Shown here one piece after another: positions 37,100 through 47,427 of a stretch of DNA of 64,000 bases. Made by a program: the position numbers and the translations under genes. Source of the stretch: Heteronotia binoei (taxonomy: Eukaryota); NCBI RefSeq assembly GCF_032191835.1, contig NC_083229.1:30070001-30134000 (forward strand), read 5' to 3'. The notes beneath the pieces are model-generated. The model did not search any database. It was given only the letters and a program-made list of their open reading frames with translations, and was not told the origin of the DNA. The stretch's first letter is position 1. Every line of letters begins with the position of its first letter.

Positions 37100-39964
37100 T
37101 TTTTAAAACTCATTTTTAATATGATACTTGCACAAAATGGTAATATCCTATATCCTGAAAAACATTCTGGCCAACAGACTTCTTCCAATCATGTGGCATG
37201 GCAATCTTAGCTACAGTTATTCCACAGACAGGCCACCAAAACTCACAGCAAATCAGCTGGAAGGATCCTCTTCCAAATTTATTCTATGTACAGAAAGTTC
37301 CATATTCCAAACTATCTTATTCTAAGTGTCTTCAAAATGATATCAAAAAAATCAGTGTGAATTTGTCCAAAATACCAACAAGAATCTTGCTTCAGGTTAA
37401 AGGTTAATTTTCATTTATATGGAATAATGTGCTACTAATGACCCTCGCTGTGGAACTTAAGGATACCCACTTGCATTTACAAGAATGTAACGCACTTCAG
37501 CTTTGGAGCAACAATGTGGGGAGGAAAAGGAAGAGATTTTGTGAGTGATTATCTAGAAGCCTGATCTGTTCCTCCTGGGAGGAGGGCTAGCTCCTCCAGC
37601 ATGTGGCTTCTTTTTGTGTTGGAAAATAAGTAATGAAGATTCATACTGCATTTATTTTGGATGTAGAAAAACCATTAGGTGCATGGTATGCTTGTCCAAA
37701 TTGGAGAAGAGCCAAGACACGTCCATTCTCATAAAAATTTCAAGAGATCTTTTAATAAACCTGTCTGACCTGAACTTTGTTTCATCTATCATGTGGAAGA
37801 CTGCATTTCATTAACATGATATCCCCATGCTGAAGTATTTATGTTCTACTTATCACAAAACAGTCATTTGATAAATATAATGGCCTGTTTCCAGTAGGCT
37901 AGTGGATACCCTTGCATTTCTGCAAAACTGAAACCATGTCCTAAGTGCAAAGATGAAAGAGATTTGCCCTGAAGCCCTCACATGAATTGGGGAATTGATA
38001 GTATTCTCAAGAATTACACAGATGTACAAGTGCACTGGTTTCTCTCCTGAGAAAAAGAATGTTTCCATCTTTCCTGGTTTCAACATAAGGAACAGAATAC
38101 CTAGAGATTATCTGCATTTTAAGGGTGAGAGTCCATAAATCTGATAAACAGGTCTTCTGTTGTCCTTCTAGTAAAAAATGTCTTAAGATCCATGGATGAA
38201 ATCTTCCTGCGAAAGCCTGCATTATCCACAGTTAAATTGGCAAACATTCACAGGAGAGCCCTAAGTTGTGGATCTTCGAAGTGACATTTGCACTATTGCT
38301 TTAGGAAATCTGGAGTAAATTAAACACACTCTTACTGCGGGTGGTCTTTGAATTATTTGTTATAATTTTTTAAAAAGCAGATAGTGCTTTTCTGTACTGC
38401 TCTTGTAGATGGCATGTGGGTGCTAGCGTTAGAATTTGATTAACTTATTTTATAAAACATTTTTTTAAATATATGGGATTTTATGAATTGGGGGTTTACC
38501 TTGGGTGCCCCGGTAGACAACAAATTGTGCATATAAGTGGTCAAAGTAAGCCTTAGAATATATAGACCATTACAACAGGCTTTAGCATGTGAATGGATAA
38601 ATGGATTATCCAAACTTTTTTGAAATATTTTCCATGATCTTTTTTTCAGTGATGGAGATGGAGGGGATGTGCATTAGAAACCTGCATAAAATAGCTTTGT
38701 ATTTACAAATACAGATGATAATTATTAGTTGTAACATTTATAAAGCATTCCAAAATTGTTCTAGGATAAAACAATTAAAATTAAGCCTTCAAGGCATTAG
38801 CAAAACACAGGAAAAATCTTATTAATAAATGTTCTGAATAATTACCCTGACAGTGTAAATAAATTCTGGGAAAACTTTTGTGTGTGTGTGGGTGTTTTTT
38901 TTTTTTTTTTTTTTGATGGTGCTTCAAGGTAGCAGCATATTTGGTAAATTCTAGAATTGTCACATATTCCTCCAGGAGAATTCTTCATCCACTTCAAGTT
39001 GCTTTTAAATGTGTTTTTATTAGGGCATTTAAACAGCACTACAATGGGTGCCATTGTAGAAAAACAGTGTAGAATTTTCAAAAGATAGAAAAAACCCTCT
39101 GCTTTTCTTCAGAAGCTCACATTTGAGAATGTTGGTTTGCCTTATCAAGAAGAAAATCTCTCAGGTTGCCAATTTCCTGGTTTGGAGGCCCTCTCTCTGT
39201 TTCAGGATTATCGGAAAACAGGGAGGGGGGGAGTTTGAATGTCCACTGAACATTCCAGTTTACCTAGGGTTGCCAAGTCCAACTCAGAAAATATCTGGGG
39301 ACTTTGAGGGTGGAGCCTGGATACTTCGGGGGTGGAGGCAGGAGACTCCCATCCCCTAAAATTAATAAATAAAACTACAGCAGTTCAGTTCCCCTGAATA
39401 CAGTCTTAATTTCCTCATTCCCAGCAGCTGCACTTCCACTAAATGAAAGTAAACATACTCACACAAGGCAGCCAAAATAAACACAGTTTGCAAGCACACA
39501 CCTTTGTGATCTCAATGGGGCAATTTACTCACAGGAGTTGCTGAATGTAACCATCTGTTGTATTTCAACCAACCTCTTCAGACTAACAGAAAAACAAAAG
39601 GAGAGTAGCCTTGAAGGTTGAGTTTTCCTCCATTCCATAGAAAGGTTCCAGTTAACTCCATTTATTATACATACAACTTCTGAAACCAATGCAAAGCAAA
39701 TGAAGGGATTATGCTGGCTTCTTTCTTTCTCACTGCTCCACACAATCACTGGGAAGAGCCACCTGCCTCTGTTTGTTTGCCCTGCCTATACATCTTTCCT
39801 CCTGCTGAGATTTAAAGAAGAAGAAATTGGATTTATACCCCTCCCTACACTCTGAATCTCAGAGAGGCTTACAATCTCCTTTACCTCCCCCCCACACACA
39901 CACCAGACACTTTGAGAGATAAGTGGGGCTGAGAGAGCTCTCCTAGAAGCTCCCACACAGTCCA

Positions 39965-40501
39965 AAGCAAGTGGTTTGCAAGGTTCTTTTAAGTCTGCCG
40001 AGTTTTAAAGATACACGGTGGCTGTTTGGGCAGGGCTTCCCTCCTGCTGGCCAGTTGGCTAGTGGTGGGAAGGAGCCGGAAAAAATGGGGGATCCCTCTC
40101 CAGGACCTGAGGGCTGGCAAGCCTAATTATGGTTCCCATATGATATAATGGAGAATCAATCCATGGGTATCTGGGGCTCTGGTGGTGGTGGTTGTTGGTT
40201 TTTTGTTTTGTTTTTTTTAACTAGAGACACAAAATTTTCAGCATAGCATCTGATGCCTCTTCTCAATCCCCCCCTCCCAAGTCTCAAAAATATTGGACCA
40301 GGGGGTCCAATTCTATGAGCCCCCAAAAATGCTCCATCCCCCATTATTTCCACTGAAGGAAAGACATTTAAAAGCAGTGTGGTCCCTTTAAATGTGATGA
40401 CCAGAACTCCCTTCAAAGTTCAATTGTGTTTATCACAGTCTTGCTCCTGGCTCCACCCCCAAAGTCTCCAGGTCCTTTTTTAGTTGGACCTGGCAACCCT
40501 A
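39965..40501. mobile_element. Mosaic of TAGGGTTGCCA MITE fragments
   Basis: Plus-oriented end near 40125 followed by a minus copy ending tggcaacccta. Confidence 0.65.
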
Positions 40502-41981
40502 AAACCTCTGATAACTGAGGCCTACTTTCCAGATCTAAAATTATATGTACAGTACATTCTTCCACCTCCAAAGATTTATTTCTAGGACAAATGTCTGAGA
40601 AAAAAATTGCATGATTCAGAAGACCCTTATAAATTACTACTCTGCCTCCTATCTGGAAACAGAAAATGCACAACTACAAAGAGGAACTACTGTGGTAGAG
40701 CATCTGCCTTGCATGCAGAGGGTTCTAGGGGTGACTGGCCTTTAACTTATATGAAAAATTTCCCATAGGCCACTGCCAAGGGGGGCTGCTGGTACACAGA
40801 AGCAAGCAGAACCATCCCGCCCCCCAGTTTCTCTGCCAATATTTCAGTGATCACTTAGCCACACTGATTCTGAGACAGTTTTAATATCCCGGTTTATCCC
40901 TGCCTGGTGTAATTCTTGACATCGGTAGTGAAAAGGATCAGATAATAAGCTGTCAGTCAAAGTAGCCAATAGGGACCCTTATAGACCAGTGGTGTGTTCA
41001 TATAAGGCAGCTTCATGAGTGTATTCAGTAGGCAACTTTCCTGAAATGGAGCACTTCAGTTTGCAGCAGTGCTTATTTAATTTCTCACCTGCAGCACGTT
41101 AGCAGTTTGCTCACTGTTTACTTGTGTATCCTACTTTGAGAGTACTTTATTATCATGACATTCTTTTCTTATTACTTAATATCATGACATTCTTTCCAGC
41201 AGTCAACACTTTTGCAGAAGAACCCCAGCAGGAACTAATTTGCTTTTATAGAAAAAACCCAGCAGGAATGTATTTGCATGTTAGGCCACACACCCTGACG
41301 CCAAGACAACTGGAACCGTGTTCCTGTGTGTTCCTGCTAAAAAAAAGCCCTGTAGATATATATCCTTTTGAACTATATAGCTACATGTCCTGACTTGGAT
41401 CGCCCAGTCTAATTTAGTCTCATCAGATCTCTGAGGCTAGGCTCTGGTTACTAGGGTGACCATAATGTCTGAAGGCCCGCCGAAGCAGCCTGTCACTAAT
41501 AACACAGGTCGAGATGCAGGACAGGAACCCGGAAGTGACCGACAGGCTGCTTCAGCGTGCCGCTGCGCCGGCCCCCTGGGCCCCACAACGATGGGACCGA
41601 TGCCACAGGGACGGGCTCGAAACACTCTATGACCCCTCAAAAGAACAGCAGTCTAGCTCGCTTCCCCCGAGCCCTGCCGCCATAAGCCTCAAGGGGGCTC
41701 ATTTTGTGGCATCTCCCGGCGGGAGGGTGGCATCCGCACGGGACACATATCAAATGAAAGAGGGGGCGCAGGGCTATCAGAAACAGCCGGCGGAGGGAGT
41801 CGCGAGACCACCCCACTGGGGGATCCACACCCCGAAAGTGATGAAGGTGGCGCAGATAGAGCCAACAGAGCAAACAGGACAAAATAAATAGGCTGCATTA
41901 TGCAGCACAGTTGAGAAAGTGCCTTATCCCATATACTGATGAAGTAAATACAGGATCTGAGAACAAAATTGCACCAGAAGA

Positions 41982-42181
41982 CACAAACACAAAGCTCCCT
42001 TACACTGAATCAGTGCTTGGGTCCACCAAAGTCAGTATGGTCTACTCCAGTCACAAACACAAAGCTCCCTTACACTGAATCAGTGCTTGGGTCCACCAAA
42101 GTCAGTATTGTCCACTCCAGTCACAAACACAAAGCTCCCTTACACTGAATCAGTGCTTGGGTCCACCAAAGTCAGTATTGT
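41982..42181. repeat. 70-bp tandem repeat, about 2.9 copies
   Basis: aaagctccct at 41991, 42061 and 42131. Confidence 0.95.
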
Positions 42182-42414
42182 CACATAAGAACATAAGAGA
42201 AGCCCTGTTGGATCAGGCCAGTGGCCCATCCAGTCCAACACTCTGCGTCACATAAGAACATAAGAGAAGCCCTGTTGGATCAGGCCAGTGGCCCATCCAG
42301 TCCAACACACTGTGTCACATAAGAGAAGCCCTGTTGGATCAGGCCAGTGGCCCATCCAGTCCAACACACTGTGTCACATAAGAACATAAGAGAAGCCCTG
42401 TTGGATCAGGCCAG
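42179..42414. repeat. 67/59-bp tandem repeat, at least 3.5 copies, running into the gap
   Basis: tcacataag at 42181, 42248, 42315 and 42374; unit resembles a reversed CR1 tail. Confidence 0.95.
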
Positions 42415-42779
42415 NNNNNNNNNNNNNNNNNNNNNNNNNNNNNNNNNNNNNNNNNNNNNNNNNNNNNNNNNNNNNNNNNNNNNNNNNNNNNNNNNNNNNN
42501 NNNNNNNNNNNNNNNNNNNNNNNNNNNNNNNNNNNNNNNNNNNNNNNNNNNNNNNNNNNNNNNNNNNNNNNNNNNNNNNNNNNNNNNNNNNNNNNNNNNN
42601 NNNNNNNNNNNNNNNNNNNNNNNNNNNNNNNNNNNNNNNNNNNNNNNNNNNNNNNNNNNNNNNNNNNNNNNNNNNNNNNNNNNNNNNNNNNNNNNNNNNN
42701 NNNNNNNNNNNNNNNNNNNNNNNNNNNNNNNNNNNNNNNNNNNNNNNNNNNNNNNNNNNNNNNNNNNNNNNNNNNNNNN
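42415..42779. other. Assembly gap (365 N)
   Basis: Direct reading. Confidence 1.
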
Positions 42780-42884
42780 CCGCCAGCCGCCCCCCCCCCC
42801 CGCTTTTGGCTTACCTGGATCCAGGGCGGTGGCGGCCTCTCCTCCGGGCTGCTGGCGGGGCTGGCGGCGGCTGCGGAGGCCGGA

Positions 42885-43245
42885 GAGGCCGGCGCTGGTC
42901 TCTGGAGGCCTCCAGGGACCAGCGCTGGCCTCTCCACGCTGCCTCCGCTGGTCTCTGGAGGCCTCCAGGGACCAGCGCAGGCCTCTCCACGAAGCCTCCG
43001 CTGGCCTCTGGAGGCCTCCAGGGACCAGCGCAGGCCTCTCCACGAAGCCTCCGCTGGCCTCTGGAGGCCTCCAGGGACCAGCGCAGGCCTCTCCACGATG
43101 CCTCCGCTGGCCTCCAGGGACCAGCGGAGGCCTCTCCACGACGCCTCCGCTGGCCTCTGGAGGCCTCCAGGGACCAGCGCCGGCCTCTCCACGATGCCTC
43201 CGCTGGTCTCTGGAGGCCTCCAGGGACCAGCGCCAGCCTCTCCGG
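42885..43245. repeat. GC-rich 53-bp minisatellite, about 6-7 copies
   Basis: gcctccagggaccagcgc recurs with period 53 (for example 42961 and 43014). Confidence 0.92.
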
Positions 43246-44309
43246 ACCCCGCGCACGGGCGGGGAAGGCGGGGAGTGAGGCAGCCAGCGTCCCTGCGCGT
43301 GCGCACACCGCTGTGCGCACGCGCAGGGACGCTGGCTGCCTCACTCCCCGCCTTCCCGGCCCGCGCACGCGGCCCGCCGGCTCCCTGCTGGCTATACCGG
43401 GACTTTGTAATGGTCCCAGTATAGGCAGCCCGGGAGCCAGGAATTGGTGGCCAGAACCGGGAAAGTCCCGGGAGACCGGGACGGTCTGGCCACCCTACTG
43501 GTTACTACTCGGATGGACGTCTGCAGTTGCTACACAGAGACAGACGATTGGCAAACCACCTCTTTATCTCCTGACTTGAAAACCCTAAGGGGTTGCCATA
43601 GATTGGCTGTGACTTGATGATACTTTCTCCCATCATACAGTTTAATCCCCAATATGTAGATTATAATAGAAAACAAAGTGCAGTATTTCTAATATGTGTT
43701 TCTGCCATTTTGCTGAATAGGGCACCTTATGTATGTTTGGCTGAATGTGTGAATGGTTTCCTATCCAGATGAAATGGTGACCTGATATATTGGAAGGAAC
43801 ATGGTCTGCTTAGTTGGTCTCTCCAAAGGCAATGACTGAAAAAGAGGTATAGTAACGGAAACAAAGGTCATGCCAGAAGGGTTAATAAGCAAGAGGAACA
43901 GGTTGCTCACAGTGTGTGTTGAGAACTCTTCTGGAACAGCCTGATGAGGGTAGGGTTGCCAAGTCTCATTGTCACTCTGGAGCGGGGATTTGGGGAGTGT
44001 TCCGGGGTGGGCGGGGACATTGTGTGACATCCCCAATGCAATGACATCACCCAGAAGTGACATCACCAAGCCAGGGATGTCACAAGGGGACATTCTGGTT
44101 TTCAGGCAAACACTATGGTAAAATTGGACTTAAGCCATAAGGGTTTTGCCCAACAATCAAAGTGTCTCTGTGAGACATTCCCAGTGCAATGATGTGACTT
44201 CTGGGTGTTGTCATCACTTTAGGAACATCACATGGCAACATCCCCATTTAGGGACAGGGTTTTCCCCACTGGCCAGCTGGTTTGCAGTGTGGAAAAGCCC
44301 CCAAAACCG

Positions 44310-44495
44310 AGCGCGAGAATCCAGTAGCACCTTAAAAACAAACAAAATTTATGACGGTATGAGCTTTCAGAAGTCACTGCCTACTTCTTCAGATACCAAT
44401 CTGAAGAACTGAGCAGTGACTCAAGAAAAGCTCATACCCTGCCACAAATGTTGTTAGTCTTAAGGTGCTACTGGACTCTTGCTCTTTTCTGCTGT
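44310..44495. mobile_element. Third-family PLE pLTR inverted dimer with two degenerate hammerheads
   Basis: Palindrome centred near 44397: gtatgagctttc..cttcttcagatac / tctgaagaa..gaaaagctcatac; gtagcacctta / taaggtgctac. Confidence 0.78.
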
Positions 44496-45263
44496 TATAG
44501 CCAGGGCCTTTTTTTTTTTTAAAGCAGAAATGCACAGGAACACAGTTCCGGCTGGCTTGGTGTCAGGTGTGGACTAATACGCAAATGAGTTCCTGCTGGG
44601 CTTTTTCTACAAAAAAAGAGCCCTGGCTACATCATTGATTGACTGAGATTGCCGTCACTTAAATCTGTTTTTTGGAAAGCGTTTTTCAAGCCCTTTCTCT
44701 TGTCAGTTGCCAGAACTCTTAAAAATGCCACCCAAGCTACTTTATATCTGTCAGTGCAAGGTGAGAAATGATTTCTCTTTTATGGGTTGAATTTCATAGC
44801 AATATGTTATTTAGTATCGAGGGATTGTTTTATTTTTTTCACGGAACTGCATACACACACTATTTATTTGCTTGCTCTTTATGTGGCAGGCTCTTTATAG
44901 CAGTAATAAAATGAGATTTAAATTCAGCCAGCAAAGGTAGCATATTCACACAAGAATTGCACACACTTCCTGGCTTTTTCTCCCTTTGTTCCAGAAACTT
45001 TTCAAACCCTTGCTGCAGGAAATAATGTAGTAAAAGGCTTTGAATTGAAAATATTGAATAGTTAACTATTCATTGAATAGTTAAGAACTGACATTCTGGC
45101 ATTGTGGAATTAGGTGACCAGGTGAACCTTGAAAAGCAGAAAACAAAAATTTGGTTGGATCCTATCAGCTTATTCGCTAATGCAAGAGGGTGGAGGGAGT
45201 ATCTTGCCCAATTCTCCTCACTGTGGCTCTGTCCTATGTAACATTTTGCCCCAAGAACTCAAG

Positions 45264-46509
45264 GGCCGTTTTCGCACTAGCGTTTACTCCGGCGTAGCAC
45301 CCCATTTACCTCCGGATCTTTTCCTGGTTTTCGCACCTGTTGCTCCGGCGCTGCGTCTTGCTCCGGTGCTGCAGGGGTTTCACGCCGGAGTATCTAGATC
45401 CACCTCCTTCCGGAGTTTTTGAAAACCTCCGGATCCACACCGGATCCACTCCTCGGAGTTTGCTGTGGGAAATCCATCCATGCCGGATCGACTGCTTTGT
45501 GTGCGTCACCCTCTCCCTTTCCGTCCTCCCACCCCATCCACCCTCTTGGCCAATCATCAGCCATTCGCGGCGCTTCCCAAAAGTGCCTGCACGGCCATTT
45601 TTTTTTTAAACTTCATCTTTCTTGCGTAATAGCGATATTTCAAAATTAACAAATAGAAAAAAAAAACCCTCCTGAAGCGGCGGGTATGTGAGGTTGCTTT
45701 TCCGCTGTTGCGTTATTTCGCAACTTCAAAATTGCATTATACATTATACATTGTTGGGGGGGGGGAAATCTAGTGCCGGCGTGGGCCAAAGCGTTCATGT
45801 GTGTGTGTTTTAAAAAGGCAATGCCTCCCTCAGCTGTGCCACCAGCATTTCTGGACCTGCACAAAATCGCCATGTATAAAATGGGAAGTTGGAGTCCTGC
45901 ATTCTCCTCCCTGGCTACATTCCGCTCGGTTAGAAAACAGACGCGAGCTCGCTCTTCACACGCGCCACAGAAGGGGAAGGAGAGAATGGGGCGGGAGGGG
46001 GGAGCTCTGGCAGCAGGAGTCAGTCAGGTCCCCGTTGCGGCTGCAAGCACCAGCCGGGGAGGGGGAAGAGCACAGAGGAAATCCCAGCTTCACCACCCGG
46101 GAGGGAGCGAGGCTGGGAAAGGAAGAAGCTGCCACATACACACACACACACGCAACTCTGGAATTTGTGTTGGGGGGGGGAATCTAGTGCTGGGATTCTC
46201 CACTGTGAATGCTTCTGTTAATACATAAAGGGCTGTGGAGGATACTACAGCTGCAGCCACTCCATAAGCAGAAGCGGCACACGTGATGCGGTTTACGTTG
46301 TTACGTTGTTACGCAATTAGACTTGCGCTTAAAAAAAAAAAGATTGACAGGGCATCGAACTCAAGTCGATGCTAGTGCAAAAACGATTTGAGCCGGGGCT
46401 TCATGGAAAGCGACTCCACTAAAGAGGCAATGTGCGAAAACGAGGAAAATGATCCGGACATAATTGCGCCGAGGAATAAGGGGAGCAAACGCTAAGTGCG
46501 AAAACGACC
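45264..46509. mobile_element. Nonautonomous PIF/Harbinger-type DNA transposon
   Basis: TIRs ggccgttttcgcact / agtgcgaaaacgacc; 3-bp aag on both sides; internal tttcgcac repeats; CpG-rich. Confidence 0.78.
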
Positions 46510-46944
46510 AAGGAATTTTCCAACCTGTAGTTGACAATCTTAAAAAGAAGTCTGTCTGTATGTCTTCTTTGGTAGTGTCCTTTCTTTTTTCTTCTTATCA
46601 TTCCTCCAGCTATGCCTTCTATTTATTTACTTAGCTCCCTCTTCAGCATCTTATGTTATGTTGTTCTGAGTCCTTTATCCTTGTTAGTTTTCCACCCCTG
46701 TGTGTAATTCCTGGTCTCTGGTCTTTGCCTTCTCTCCCCCATTTCCCCCCCTTTTTAATCTCACCCTGTGCCTTATTTACCCTACTTGCTTTCCCATTTT
46801 CTTGCCTCCTGTTCTTGAATGGGGTGGTTGGCAGTATGGGTAGCTGTCTACCAAGATTATAGTCCATCCAGTGACATGAAATGCCAAGTCTGATCTCCCG
46901 AATAATAATAATTTATAAAGCAGCCAGCAGAGCAAGTCAATCAA

Positions 46945-47427
46945 AGAAACTCATTTGCATATTAGGCCACACCCCCTGACCACCAATTTTTAACACAGGA
47001 TTTTTTGAAGAAAAAGCCCAGCAGGAACTTGTTTGCATATTAGGCCACACCCCCTGATGTCAAGCTGTTATGTATGTGGACTCAAGGGAAGACTTTGATG
47101 TTTCCGCCTGGCTCATTGGAGCCTTACGGACTGAGCTTGGGTACTTGGGAACAAAGGGCTGTAGAATTCAAACCCCCGCAGCCCAAGACCAATCACAAGT
47201 CCCCACCGGTTTGAATGACCCAATAATGTGCTTGCGTGGGAACCCAGAGATGTATATAAGTTTGGCCCGTGGGCCCCAAAACCAGTCTTGTACTGTGACC
47301 TTTTACTATGTGATTCCTATTAAAGAGCTTGTTATCACTTACTCCGAGACTCTGCCATGCATAGAACCCACTATATTATACAAGCATTCCTATGCATTCC
47401 TGCTCAAAAAAAAAAAAAAAAGTCCTG
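46945..47427. mobile_element. CAGGGCTTTT-family MITE pieces split by a solo LTR
   Basis: gcatattaggccacacccc copies before 47066; attcctatgcattcctgctcaaaaa..gtcctg after 47382. Confidence 0.7.
47066..47382 (+). mobile_element. Solo LTR (ERV or Gypsy)
   Basis: TG...CA ends; CCAAT 47189, TATATAAG 47253, ATTAAA 47319; (c)aagc on both sides. Confidence 0.75.

Larger units (their letters stand above)
41452..43497. mobile_element. Composite nonautonomous hAT element (Blackjack-like TIRs) spanning the assembly gap
   Basis: TIRs TAGGGTGACCA and TGGCCACCCTA; perfect 8-bp TSD ctggttac at 41444-41451 and 43498-43505; CpG-rich. Confidence 0.88.
41400..43625 (+). mobile_element. 5S-Sauria-like SINE split by a hAT insertion
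   Basis: Head tctcatcagatctctgaggctaggctctggttac before 41452; tactcggatgg..ggcaaaccacc..gccatagattggctgtgacttgatg after 43505. Confidence 0.8.

Noticed and set aside
41982-42414. CRISPR-like regularly spaced repeats
   Set aside because: Whole units repeat with no unique spacers, there are no cas genes, and the context is vertebrate.
42339-43579. Long ORFs of 149-410 aa
   Set aside because: They arise from the N gap and the GC-rich 53-bp VNTR, which lacks stop codons; no protein signal.
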